From contig NW_005434583.1 in NCBI RefSeq assembly GCF_000315625.1, forward strand, positions 32,032-96,031: 64,000 nucleotides of DNA, read 5' to 3'. How positions within the stretch are numbered: position 1 is the stretch's first letter; each line of letters starts with the position of its first letter. The DNA is from Guillardia theta CCMP2712. Its lineage: Eukaryota; Protista; Cryptophyta. A program made the position numbers and the translations under genes. The notes below the pieces were generated by a model, which ran no database searches, was not told the origin of the DNA, and saw only the letters and a list, made by a program, of their open reading frames with translations. Positions 1 through 14,059 of the stretch are shown here, one piece after another.

Positions 1-3000
1 GAGGGGAGGAAGAGTACTCACTGATGAAGAATTGTCCCAAGAAGGTCCCGTGGGTGACGGCGCTGTCCCTGGCCGACCAGCTCGTGTGGTGGACGAAGAC
101 GGCAAGACGCACAATCATTGTCCGCATGAGGGTGTTGAGGAGGAGGACGGTGAAGATCGCGAGCGTCTGCAGAGAGGTAGACCTGAGCATGCTGTCCACC
201 TGCTGCTTGCACGGGTTGTCGTTGCCTATCTGGAAGACCATGGACCCGACCTGCGCGTACCAGAGCGACGGGACGCTCTGCATCATGGCCGTGCAGAAGC
301 ACTTCATGCACTGGGAGGGGCCGTCGGGGAGGCTGTGGGAGATGGAGAAGTTGCTCCGTGAGAACCCAGCGAGCAGCAGGGAAGACCACTGGGAGGAGTT
401 GAGGAGAGCAGACTCCAGGCAAGAGGAGGAGAGCTGGGAAATGGGGAGGGGGGAGGAGCCGTCCTGGGAGAACCTGCAAGGCTGTCCATCGAGCATGTAG
501 AGAGAGCCGCTGGAGACGAGGGGGATCGAGGAGGAGAGGTTGAGGGAGGGATTCAGCAGCACGTCCGCCAGCCTGCACTGGCCCTGCTGGCTGCAGCCCG
601 GCGAGACTGAGTCCCATGCCAGCATGGCGTTGCAGGTCGACTGCAGCTGGGGGGAGAGGCAAACTTGCTCGTCCCCCTTGAGGTTGACCTGCGCGACCTT
701 GGCGAAGACGACGACAGCGAAGGTGACGACGATGAGGAGGAAGGTGAGGAGGAGGACGAGGATCGATCGACCGGCCCGGCTCAAGGAGGAGAACTCAATG
801 TTCTCCCACAGGATGTCCGAGGGCTCGAGTGCCCTCCTGACCCGGATCCGGACCCCCTGCAGCCTCAGCCTCCGAGGGTAGGAGCAGGGGGTCATCCCCC
901 TGTCCACCTTGCTGTACATCTCGAGGCAGGACATGGCAGCCAGTGGAGAGTTGAAGATGACGAAAGCGCTCCCCGCATGCTTCCCCGAGAAGAACCCTCC
1001 TCTCCTGACTCTGCTCTCCTCCTCCTCCCTCGCCTCCCTCAGCTTCTGCAGCTTCATCTCGACCTTCTCCCTCACCTTGGCTTCCGAGGAGGAGAGGATG
1101 AGCTTGTGGTACGCGGTCTCTCTGTCCAGCAGACGAGCTCTCCTCTTGAGGAAGGAGAGGAACGAGTTGGTTCGCCTCACGAGCACCACAGAAACAACCT
1201 CGTCCTCATTCTTCCCCTCCCCTTCCTCCTCCACCTTATGACCCTCCAGCAGTGAGTCCTCGTGCACGGAGCTGGTCATGTTTGATCTCGAGAGGCCCTC
1301 CTCTGCTCCCCTCGGCAGGGCTTCACCTGCCGCACCGTTCTCCTCCTTCCCGTCCTTGTCCATCCGCTTCCCGTGCTTCTTCTTCCTGGTCTTGTGGGTC
1401 AGGTCCAGTGGGTCCAACACCTGCCGGTTCATCATCGACTTCTCCGGAGAGAAGTTCAGCGACGAGGCGTTGTCCTCCTCCTCCACCTGCTGGGGAGTCA
1501 GAGGCAGCACGAGCTGGGGGTCAGCAGGGCATAACCGAGGATCCGAAATTCGATCCGTTGAGGGCCTGAGCGGCAGGAGAGGGATCGTACGGGTCGATCT
1601 TGTTCTTTCTTTCCCTCTTCTTCTTCTCACCAACATCAAGTCAGCGATCCTCCTCCCCACAACAACACCAGGCTCCCACCTTGGAGGGAGTCGAGCGCTT
1701 CGGCTCCGGCGAGCCGTCAGCGCGCTTCCTCGACGATCTCTTGGACCTCTTCAACGATTCTTCTCCTCTCCTCGACTGTGCCGCATCTTCCCCGTTCTCC
1801 TCCGCGGTCTTGGCATGCTCAGAGACATCGACAACCGTCGAGGCAAGCGAGCCGTCGAATCCATTCTGAACTCCGTTGTACGATCTGCGCAGTGAGCGTT
1901 AGACAGACGTTCGGACTCAAGCTCGTCAGTAGCGATGGATCGCTCAGGAGTACCCGTTGAGCTCGTTCCCGTTGTGCGATGAAAATCCATTGGCTGACAT
2001 GTCTGAGTCAGAGCGAAGCATGTCAAGGATGGAGCTGAGAACTATTACTGGATCCGTTGGCGTGCTGGTCGGCGCGATGAGTTTGTATCCGAGTAGCAAA
2101 GTGATTCTGACAGGAGAGAAGGTGAGAGGGTGAACGATGGCTTCATCAAGATAGTTTTCTACCTTGATCTGTGCTTCATCAATGTCTTCAGGTAGATTGG
2201 AAACCATGACTGTCTGCAAACAGCACATCAGATTTCAAATTTAGAGTCCAAGACAGTGAGAGAATGTGAGACGGCAGATTGCAAGATAGAGCAGACGGGA
2301 GGAAAGGCGGTGTGATGATATCAGAGCATACAAAGTCCGAGGGTGAGAATGACCAAGACTTTGAATTCTTGTCGATTTTCATCGCCCGTTTCCTGCTGAT
2401 TCCGTTGAGAAGGGCAGAGAAAGAGAAAGGGTGTCGAAAGACCAGATGAATGAAAGGAAGAAGAGGAAGTAGATGTAGGAAAATAAATCCAGGTAGGAGA
2501 TAGCTCGGATCGCATCTGTTCGTTCACAAGCGAGGTATCGGGGGGGAGGGGGAGAGAGAGTGGAGTAGGAGAGGGAGAAGCAAAGAGGGAGGAAGGAAAT
2601 AAGGGGGAGAGAGGCAGAATGAGAGGTGGGGAAGAGAGGCAGGGAAGAAGGGAGGGGAAGAGGGAGGGAAAGAAAGGAGAGAAACAGGGAGGGAGAGGGA
2701 GGGAACTATCAGTATCTGCCTACAACAGCGGAGAATCGAAAGAGAAGCACCGAGCGTGCTCATCTGGTAGGTCGCCGATCCTTGGCCGAACCTCAGCACG
2801 CATCTGACCAGGAGCATGAGGGTGAAGTGAGCGCCACATGATCTCACTTGTCATGGTCGCAGCCGCCGTTGGCCGTGTCGTTGCGAAAGATCCCCCCGAT
2901 GGTAAAGATCTTGCCCAACGTCAGGGCAGGCCTGGCCCACCTCCTCCCTCCGTCACCTTGAAGATCTGGTAGGGATCCCCTGTGTTGGTCGGGAAGAAGT

Positions 3001-3882
3001 CTTGGGCTGGAGTCACCAGGAACGCCAACTGCCCTGACAGCGTCAGGGCCCAGCAGGGAGTGGAGGAGAGAGTAGCTGACCACGAGAGACGGGGTATTGA
3101 GGATGAACATGGTGAACAGCAGCAGGCTGAGCGACAGCAGAGTGTCGAAGTAGATTGCTATGCCAGGTCCGAGATCTGACAGCAGCGTGCTCAGGGCAGG
3201 AGCAGGGAGGGAGGAGGGAGCAGGGAGGGAGGAGGGAGGAGGGAGGAGGGAGGAGGGAGGAGGGAGGAGGGAAGCTCTCGATGAGCATGCTACCTGCCAA
3301 AGTCGGATGCTCGTCACTAAGGCTAGGAGTGAAGAGGGAGTATTTCTTGCTCCTAGTGACTTTCTCGCCATCTCCTATCGTCATCCTCGGCTGATTCTCG
3401 TTGCGAAAAGCTCGGGCCTCCTTCAAAGCTGCCCATCGATCCTCCACGAAGATCGAACTCTTCGACCCCAGCAGCTCTAGCTGGCCCCCTTCCGCTCCTG
3501 CTGCTCCTTCTGCTGTTTCTGCTCCTTCTGCTGCTGCTGCACTACCAACATCGCCCCCTACAGTAGCAGCAACATCGCCCTCCTTCTCTGGATCCTCCTC
3601 CTCTCCTGCCACAGACGCTTCACTTGTCCCATGTCGGCTGCCATTCAGTTGCCCGGACTCGTCCAGCCCGTCCGCATGCTTCTCTTTGCTCCTGTGTCTC
3701 TTCTTCTCCTTCTTCTTGCCATGTTCTCCTTCTTCATCTGCGGACTTGTGCTTCCTGTGAGAGTGCTTCTTACTCCTTGGCCTGCTCTCCTTGGGCCCCT
3801 CGTCGCCTACATCGCCAGCCCCGTTGAGGCTGGCCTTGGCTCGGACGGCGTCCCCCTCCTCTGATTCTTGAGGCTCCTCCAT
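1..3882 (-). CDS. TMC/OSCA(TMEM63)/anoctamin-superfamily multi-pass membrane protein (putative mechanosensitive/Ca-permeable channel); multi-exon, 3' end runs off the window
   Basis: ATG at 3882 (MEEPQESEEG..., acidic/basic disordered N-terminus). Spliced minus-strand segments are LSDLGPGIAIYFDTLLSLSLLLFTMFILNTP (TMC-like first TM), TVMVSNLPEDIDEAQI (OSCA/CSC1-type cytosolic RRM-like strand) and LAIFTVLLLNTLMRTMIVRLAVFVHHTSWSARDSAVTHGTFLGQFFI (TM plus 'H.T.S' loop). Introns are short GT-AG. Confidence 0.6.
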
Positions 3883-4540
3883 TCGTTGCTGCCTATCTTA
3901 TGCGACCTCACTATCGCTCAGAGAAGAATGTTGCTAGATGCGCCATGCTTGCAGGCAGCTGCTATCTGAACACAAAGTGATTGAAATCAGTTGGAATCCA
4001 AGATCGAGCAAGGATGCGGAGCAAGAACTGGATGCAGCCTTGGAACAGGCAAACCAAGCTATGCAGGCTTGTTTCACATCAAACAAAAAATTCCTTCATC
4101 ACCCCAAGAGCAGCGGGGTTGATCCATGATCAAGAAACAACAAGAAACACAATCAAGTTTCTCTTAATTGAGAGCAATTCTGCAGTTCTATTCACAAGAA
4201 CGGTCTGCATCGTCTCTTCATATCACTTCTTTCCCATCTCCTCCCTTCCCTTCATCTTCCTCCCAGCCTGAGTCCCCCCTCCCCCCTCCTCTGATCTCCT
4301 TTCTCTCCTCACCTCCTACCATGATCTACCGCAATCTCTCCCCCCCCCCCATTGTGCGTTAAAAATTTCCCTTCCAAAATGACCCACCCTCTTATCTGTA
4401 AAACTGTTTTGATTCCACCCCTTATTTGGAGGTCAAATGAAGGGTCGTGGAGGGGGTAGGACAGGTGCCTAAACTCAAGTCTCAAACAGGTCAAGGAAAC
4501 AATGAAGATCTAGCCGCCTCACACGCGTTCCCTCCTGATT

Positions 4541-4761
4541 CCTCCTCCTCGTCCTCGTCCTCGTCCTCCTCGTCCTCCTCGTCCTCCTCGTCCTCCTCGT
4601 CCTCCTCGTCCTCCTCGTCCTCCTCGTCCTCCTCGTCCTCCTCCTCCTCGTCCTCCTCGTCCTCCTCGTCCTCCTCGTCCTCCTCGTCCTCCTCGTCCTC
4701 CTCGTCCTCGTCCTCGTCCTCGTCCTCCTCGTCCTCCTCGTCCTCCTCCTCGTCCTCGTCC

Positions 4762-4802
<41 letters not shown>

Positions 4803-4851
4803 CTCCCCGCCCTCCCGCCCCGCCCCTTTTCATCCTCCTCCTCCTCCTCCT
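4541..4851. repeat. compound (TCC/TCG)n microsatellite
   Basis: Directly visible tcctcg/tcctcctcg run of about 310 bp between two divergent genes. It produces the spurious poly-S and RG ORFs. Confidence 0.95.
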
Positions 4852-4908
4852 CCAGCTCCTCCTATCTCGCGTTCAATTCTGGTACTTGCAGTTTTCACCA
4901 GGGTCAGG

Positions 4909-5600
4909 ATGGCAGCCGGAGGTATCGGCATCAAGTTCCGCATGGATCCAAGCGGCCTGACTGTCACGGATCTTGTGAAGGCGAACTCATTCTTCTTCTT
5001 GCCATCTTATCGTATGGAAATGTTGTGTGATTGTTACATGCGGTGTATGCCCTATTTTGCGGGAGGATACATAAGGATGACGTGCTGGCGGAGGTCGACG
5101 TATCATGACAGGTCAACAGACAATGTGGAGCCTCCCTTAGTGGGACGGGTGGGCACACCAGTGAGTCGCACGTGAAATCGAGCCGCCATCGTCATGCCAA
5201 TAGCTTGACGCGCTAACGTTGTGATGGGGTTGATGAGAGACGGGTGTGAGACCATGATCTTCGTGAGGCTGGAGAGGGCCAACTTGTCGGAGCCGTCGCA
5301 TGGCGATGAGAAGGAAGAGAGGATTGGGACGCTGCTCCTGGACAACAGTGATCCGCCGGGTGTCATCACACCACCTGTTGATCCTCCCTCCAGGTCATGG
5401 CTCGAGACTGCTGGAGGACGTGATGAACCTCCTCGGCATGCCGTCCAGCCTCAACATCGTGCGGGATGAGGCAGGGGAAGATCCCGGGTACCCTCGTCCT
5501 ACAAGAATCAGAGGGCACTTGGTCGTCGGCCTCCTTTCGGTTGTGGACTTGTAGTGGTGTCGGACATCAGTGTCTCCTAGGGACAAGTGCAGGATGCCAA
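4909..5600 (+). CDS. small PDZ-domain protein, multi-exon (3' end uncertain)
   Basis: MAAGGIGIKFRMDPSGLTVTDLVK ... IHKDDVLAEVD ... VEPPLVGRVGTPV ... IFVRLER follows the GIGI carboxylate loop and the 'L.G..GT.V' C-terminal PDZ pattern. Downstream exons could not be resolved. Confidence 0.5.
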
Positions 5601-6894
5601 AGTTGCGCAGTGAGTCGAGATGGACGTGATGGGTTGATGGAGAGAGAGAGCAGATGGTGTTCAATCTCGAGAAAATTGTAGTGGGATGGCACAGACCCAG
5701 CAGACAAGTTGTTCGCCGAGGTATGGAGACGGTACCTTTGTCAGCGTCACTCAGATGCTTGCCAAGTTGCTCAGACTGTTAGTGCCATCAGCGACGAGTT
5801 GAGCGACAGGATGTTCATCCTTGTTTGTTCATGAGCCTGGTGGATTTGAGCCTGTTCCAAGCGCGGTGATAACGCAAACGCAAGATGTTTGTTCAAAGTA
5901 GAGAGAAATGTCTCTGTAACTCCTTCTCTCTTAGCTTTCTTGGAAGCCTATCCTCACTTCGTTCGCTGATTTGACTTCCTTTAACCTAATCAGGTAATCA
6001 GTCTCCTCCCCAGTTGAGGTCCATTCATCCTGCCAGCAGGCCCTCTACACATGATCGTGACCGAGCAGAGATACTGTTTCGGCTGATCTGTCTGTAGCGT
6101 AACGTCCCGCTCCCTTTTCGCCGCTGCATCAATGAAAGCGATCGGATCAGCGGCCGGGCTCGAGTGACCCTTCACCGTCACGGTATGAGGCGGCCGACTC
6201 GGCGGCGAGAGGCAAGGAGGCTTGACCAGGAACACGCCGCAGCGTCGCACAGCCTGGCAGCCACTGACAGCCTGGGCCATCCACTACCCCGGGCCGGTGG
6301 GCCCCGGGGACTCCAACTTGCGGCACTGACGCCGGGGCCCGGGCTAGGCCTTGTTCTTGTTTTTTTGGAGGGAAGGGGGTGTAGTAGGGCCCGAGGGAGG
6401 GTGGGAGGGTGGGTCCTTGTGAGACTCCCTCGCCCCGGGCCGGCCCCCGTGGGGATCGGTAGTTCCGGGAGGTGGGGTGCGACAGATTGTAAAAGGTTTC
6501 AACCCCATCGGTAATCCTCGGGAAGGCTGTAAAGAGGGGGTGGGGTGGATAAGTGAATTCTCTGTGGCAAGATGGGTGGGGTCAAGGAAATTACCAAATT
6601 GGCAATGGTAGTAAGGAGGGGTATTATGACAGGGGTAAGTAGGGGTAGAGGGAGCGACCTCCCAGTAGGGGTGTAACAACAGGTAAACTCCGGGCTCCGA
6701 GAATTTTCATTTAGAAGGTGGGGTGGTCACGTAGCAGCGACTAGGTGATAGGGGTAGTGGTAAGTACGCTATCATAGCAAACAGTAGCCTCGGGGATTGG
6801 ACAAGGGGGGTACTGGGTGTGGGATACTACCGGTGGTATGGGGTGAAATGTGTAGGGGTAGGCATTGGAGGATTTGGGGTGAGAGGGCCGGGGG

Positions 6895-9800
6895 ATGAGC
6901 GCGGGAAGTGATCGATGCGATCCCCGCGATGAGAGGAAAACGAAGCGAAATGCGGAGGAGCTGGTGCAGAGAAAGGAGCAGGAGCAGGAGGAAGCGCTAA
7001 GGGGTAATTGTAGGCTACATCGAGAAACTAGTGCCTTGAAAGTTGTGTGATGGTTGGCGGTGATTTTCATCACTCCTTCGATAAGCCGCAAGTTGTACAG
7101 GTAGAATACTACAGCTCAAAGAGAAAAATGGTAGGAGAATTGGAGGGGAAATCCAGCTGCTGGTATGCTATGAAAAGACGACAACACGTCAGACACGTTG
7201 AGAAGCTCAGCACACCTGAAGTTGAGAGTTGAGAGGATTCTGTGTGCCTTGAGATCTTTCTGTAAAATGATGAGAGGAGTGGATTCGTAGATTAAGTTGT
7301 GAAGTTTGAAAAGCAAATGGATTCGCAATTGATGTGGTCTTCACGTAGATGATAACGCGGATCAGTTCTCCTACAGCTGTCACGAACAGGTATGTTGCTA
7401 TTCGATTCGGAAGTTGAGTACCTGACATGGAAAGAGAAGCTGGAATAGGATGAATCAATCTGGACAGCACGACACTTCAGACGTGAACGGGCTCGACCGC
7501 AAACCAGCAGACACCAGGTGCTTTTTGAATTGCAAGGTGTGTAGATTCAAGGACTGAACGTCGAACTTTTCCAACTCAATCTAGTCATAAATCCTCTGCG
7601 ACTTCTCGGAGCGCGACCTCGGACATTGAGAGGCGGAAGAAGTTCTTCTTCGATTCCGATGATGACCTTCCTACACCCCAGAGAAGAGAAGAGAAGTCAG
7701 AGGTGAGTCAAGCTGAGTCTGAGTGACGAAAATAATCATCTCCATGGAAGAGGGGAACTCCGAAGAACCCCAGAGCTCAAAAGAAAGAAGATCGCAAGAA
7801 ACAAGCTTCGGAACTTTGGGGGGACGACGACGACGATAGCAATGACTCTGAGTTGAACACTTTCATATCTCCGATTTCAAGAGTGCAAAATGGAAAGATA
7901 TCAAACCAATCATCTAGGCAGCCCAATTCCGACAAGAAGGCGGTATGTCCCGAGGTGCATGTATACAGTGGAATCACGCTGTGAAACTCAGGAGGGATCT
8001 CCACATGAAATATCTTTCTCATGGCGTCAGCGGTCACCTATTCGGGGGCCAGGAACTCCGAGAAGCAAGGCAGATCAACCCTACGTCGTGCGCCCAGCAA
8101 GAAAATCTCATGTGACTAGAATAGATTTTGTATTGATGGATAACAAGGGTGACTTGTTGCTTGCAGCTACATGATTCTGATTCTTCGGACTCGGATGTAC
8201 CATCGGTGAAGCAGAATGACTCCAAAGTGCTCAATGATTCGATGTCAAATTCGTTCCTCTCCACAAGTGACAAGCAACAACAGGTGAGATCATGAAAATC
8301 GATCTGAGAGTGTTAGTTTTGATTGCCTTAACCTTGGTGGTCCAGAGGACGTATAGCAGGCACAATGCAAGCAAAAGGGGTAACGTTCTTGAAAAATCGT
8401 TCAGTCCATCGAAGCTCGACATCTCCAGGGGAGGACAGATTCACGCGTCGGTAAAGCACTTTGAGAGCGCAAAGATCTTAAATGACAATTTGTTGAAAAA
8501 GGAGTCGAGCAGTTCTGCGGATGAAAACACCATTCGTGCTTTACAAGTACTCTCTCTGATTCAGTACTTAAGGCGATCTTTCCTTAACATAGAATGTGGC
8601 AGGCCGAAATGATGACAATGAAAGAACAAATCGTAAAGCAACAGGAATACTTTGCCAAATATCAGAAGAGAATCAACGAGCAGGTACGACAAATGAATCT
8701 AGCATTTGTCAGAGAAATGAATGGCACGATCTCAGATTAAGGATCTTAGATCGACAATCATTGACCTGCAATCTGCAAAAGATGGAGAGGTATTTGAAGT
8801 TTCATGGGAAATGAAATCAGACTCAGATGTTGAATGCAGAAAAAGAGTCCAATATATGACAACGAGTCTTTTGCGGTAAATCGCACTCATAATGCATTGT
8901 TCTGTTGGAATGCCATGTTGAAAGAAGCAAAACAGAAGAAGGTGATCGCGCTGGACGATTCATCAGCAACTGTCTCAGCAGAGGTTGTCCTGAAAGAGGG
9001 CGAGGAATACAAGGTTCGTGAGATTTGGATCGTATCAGTGAACAACTTACATCTATCCAGCCCCTCCGCCTTCATCAAGGTAACTCTCCAGAAGCCACCG
9101 ATGAAATTTTCTTCCTTCAGGACAGGTGCGATGCCTTTCACACTGATGACCCACCCTTACTCTTGGGGCACAAAGATCTCCGCAGAACGACCTTTCAAAG
9201 TCAAAGGAAGACTTGAACGAGGTTTGTCTTTTTCCTTCTGCATGTGTATTCCTGCGAAAGAGGAATAACCCTTTTAACAGCCTCTTTCGCCCAATTCCCT
9301 CGAGAATTCTAGGGAGCAGCAGAAAATGACGGCCTGGTTGAAAGATGAGATTTCTCACCTTCACATGAACGAATCCGCGGAAGCTGGAGACTCATGGGAG
9401 AAGCGCTGTACGCCCCTGGCCCTCGAAAGCTTCATCAGCGATGGAGCATCTGTTCCACGAGGTGAGATCTCTAGGTGAAGTACTGGATGTTAGAACAACC
9501 TGAAGTGTGATAACAGGTCCATCCAGCATTCCAAGAAGAGAAATAAGTCTAAGCGGAGTGCTGGGGTCGAACTCAGTGTCATCTCCAACAGCAGATGAAA
9601 GGATGCCCCTTGGGGAAGGGATGGAGAGCGACGGGCGTAGAGAAGCTGAACAAGAGTTGACCGATGAGGCGCCTGAGGGCTTGACAGCTGCCAAGAGAGA
9701 CAAGGAGGATCCGCCAGAGACTTTGGCTGAGCGAATTTTGACACCTGAGAAAGGAACTCTAGAGGGTAACAACACGCCAGTGAAGTCTGGAACGAAGAAA

Positions 9801-10243
9801 ACCAAGACACACAAGCAAGTGCGGGTGACGCGGAAAGTGATCGGGTCGATGAACGAGGGCAAGGGAGCTGCAGGCATTGGGATCGCGATAGGAATGACGT
9901 CCAAGGGCGACATCTTCCTGACTGGCATGGCTCCCAAGGGACCTGCTGAGCAATCTAACGAACTGATCAAGGGAGATCAGCTGGTAAGGGGTTCTGATGC
10001 GCCGGACACGCAATGACATCTTTGAACCAGCTTGCGATCAATGGCGTGGAAATTAAAGGGAAAAAGATGAAGGAGGTGGTAGATATGATCGTCGGGGATG
10101 AGGTGCGTCATGCTATGGTTGACCAGAATGAGACTGACGATGTAGATAACAGAACACTGAAGTTTGCTTGGACATCATTCGTTTCTCATCGACGGAAGTC
10201 AGTTAGTCTTTACATCCCCAGACTATGCGAAGACACAAGGATA
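6895..10243 (+). CDS. multi-exon coiled-coil protein with C-terminal PDZ domain
   Basis: Likely start MSAGSDRCDPRDERKTKRNAEELVQRKEQEQEEALR, followed by acidic low-complexity exons. The C-terminal PDZ reads AAGIGIAIGMTSKGDIFLTGMAPKGPAEQSNELIKGDQL|LAINGVEIKGKKMKEVVDMIVGDE|NTEVCLDIIR. Start and internal exons are approximate. Confidence 0.55.
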
Positions 10244-10429
10244 ACAACACAACTGCCCTGATTCAGCAATTTGAAGCTTTGCATTTCAATGTTTTCCCGC
10301 ATCTTTACAAACCCTTAACTTGGGGATTCCGTAAAGTTATTTCAAGATAGATTTTAGAGCTCTCCACCTGAAACAGCTGTAAGACCGGGCATATTGAAAT
10401 CGACACAATCCATGGATAGCAAAACAACT

Positions 10430-11541
10430 ATCAATGCAAGCGGAGGGACTTTTACCTTGTTTCCTCTGTCGCTCTTCGATGTACCTGTTCACGAGGATCA
10501 GTCAAGCAACTTGAAAGAAGGACACCACTGACAGGGCTCCATGCTCCCTGAGAGCTTCGACCAGCTGGACCTGATGCGGCAACCCATCGTATTTCTACGA
10601 GACAGCGGCGAGGGAGCAAACCAAGAAGAAAGCATGAGAATGCGAGCAAAAGTTCTTTAGTTTCATACCCTCGAAGCTGCTCGACCCGAGCAAAGGTCCA
10701 GAGGCCTGTATCGGGCATTCAGAGGTACTCATCCTCCCCCTCTCTTCCTCCACTCACCCATGGCCGTTCTCATCAACCAAGTCCTTCACGTTTGCCCCGC
10801 GCTCGCTGCGCGTCCACTGGTTAGGGCTCACCACACGCGAGCAAGCAGAGCATACAGGAGAAGCATCGCGACGGCTGTGTTGTGCAGCTCTGAAGCCGTG
10901 AAGATCGGTGTATGGCCCTTCGCAGTCGCTGTGTTGATGTTTGCCCCGTTGTCCAACAGCATCCTGCATGCCTCCACCGCATTCCTTCCGGCACAGAAGT
11001 GCAAAGGAGCGAAGCCCTGTTCATCGACGGTGTTGGGAGAAGCTCCTTCCTTGAGCATGATCTCCAGGATCGTCGTGTCATTGTGACGAGCTGCCCAAGC
11101 GATAGGATACTGTCCGGCTCGGTTCCGGACGTTAACTGGAGCACCATGCTTGAGCAGCAGCTTCACAGCTTCCTTCTTGTTGAGCCAGGTGGCCAAGTGC
11201 AGAGGAGTGTTTCCACCGTCGTTTTTGTCATGGAGCGTAGGGTAGTCTTCGGGGTCATCGTACTCAAATGCTTTGAACCGAACATCGCGGAAGATTCCTG
11301 GCGTTCTCTCGAGGATCTTCTTCATGAACTCGATGTCTTCGTCTCGAGCCGCGTCGTGCAAGGGATTGTTCCCATAGGCAAGGTGAGCTTGGCTGGGATC
11401 ATCTTCATCCTTTGGGGCTTCTTGTCCCTTGGAAGACTTTGACTTGCTCTTAGCCTTCGCCCCGGCATTGGAGTTGATGCAAAGAAGCAAAACGACAGCA
11501 AACAGGCAGAAGCAGCTGATCTGCCTGGACGGTTGAAGCAT
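10430..11541 (-). CDS. ankyrin-repeat protein with N-terminal signal peptide
   Basis: Hydrophobic leader FCLFAVVLLLCINSNAGA, then ankyrin repeats GNNPLHDAA, GNTPLHLAT, GQYPIAWAA, GFAPLHFCA, GHTPIFTAS. The frame continues through short introns (ERGANVKDLVDENGHGPLDLC...VEALREHGA). 3' end approximate. Confidence 0.85.
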
Positions 11542-11817
11542 GGTCGGAGTTACTTCCGGCTCCGGACTGTGAAACAGAGATTTTAGAGCTTGATTTTGCG
11601 GGATGATAGCAGGTAGAGCTTAAGTTTTCCATTTTGAGCTCATGAGCAAGCAGACGGTCACGAGGAGCGGCATGACAGGCATGAACATGACAACATGTAC
11701 AAAGAAGATCTGGAACTAAAGCTCACAACACTCTTCATCCACTTGAATCAGGAGATTTTGGGTGGTTGCAAACACAGAAACATTGAGAATGCACAGCTGT
11801 ATAAGGTGTAGAGACTA

Positions 11818-11993
<176 letters not shown>

Positions 11994-12406
11994 TGCCGTG
12001 GCAGTTTGCAGTGTTACGGGGCGGGCCTGAAAATAAAACTAGTTTTTAGGGATGGATTGCTCTCGAACCAACCAAGACCCACCCTACCCGTTGGCTGGCC
12101 TACACCCTTTGGGAATACTTTTCGACTATTTCACAAACTTTCTCAAATTTGGTCCCAAATTCAGAAATATTCTTTTTAGTTTCAATAATTATCAAAACAC
12201 TGTTGATTCCTGTTGCTTTTTCACCCACAAAGAGCATTGCACACAGTACCCACCCACTTGGCTGAATTTCTGTGTACTGTCCACCCTCTGAAAACATGAG
12301 TACCCGTATGTTTCATAGTGATTTTCTTTCAATTGTACCCCTACTCTCCTACCCCTACCCTTATCAACATACACCCCTGCGTCGTACAAAGGTTTACCGC
12401 GCCATC

Positions 12407-13720
<1,314 letters not shown>

Positions 13721-14059
13721 GCTGTCGACTATGAGACAGTCCGAGGGTGTCCGCGGTTAGCGTTGCGATTCAAGATCGTGAATGGTTCGATAGGAACTCG
13801 GTGAGGGATGATGCTGGTAGAGAGGTTGAAAGAAAGTGGTCGTGACCATAAATAAAGACAAAAACGATCACAAGATCTCATCGTACATGAAACAACTCGT
13901 TTACTGTGTATTATCCAAACCTTACCAAACAAAACATCGACGAACAACAGAAAAAAATTAACTTGGCGTGTTCTTTTGTTGTTTTGGTTGCTGCTAACAG
14001 TCCTACATATGTACATTGATATGTCACAAATCCACCATCAATATCACTCTACACGGAAC

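Noticed and set aside
4447-5175. Poly-Ser ORF and antisense RG-repeat ORF (4519-4833)
   Set aside because: Translations of the TCC/TCG microsatellite; only the part from ATG 4909 looks coding.
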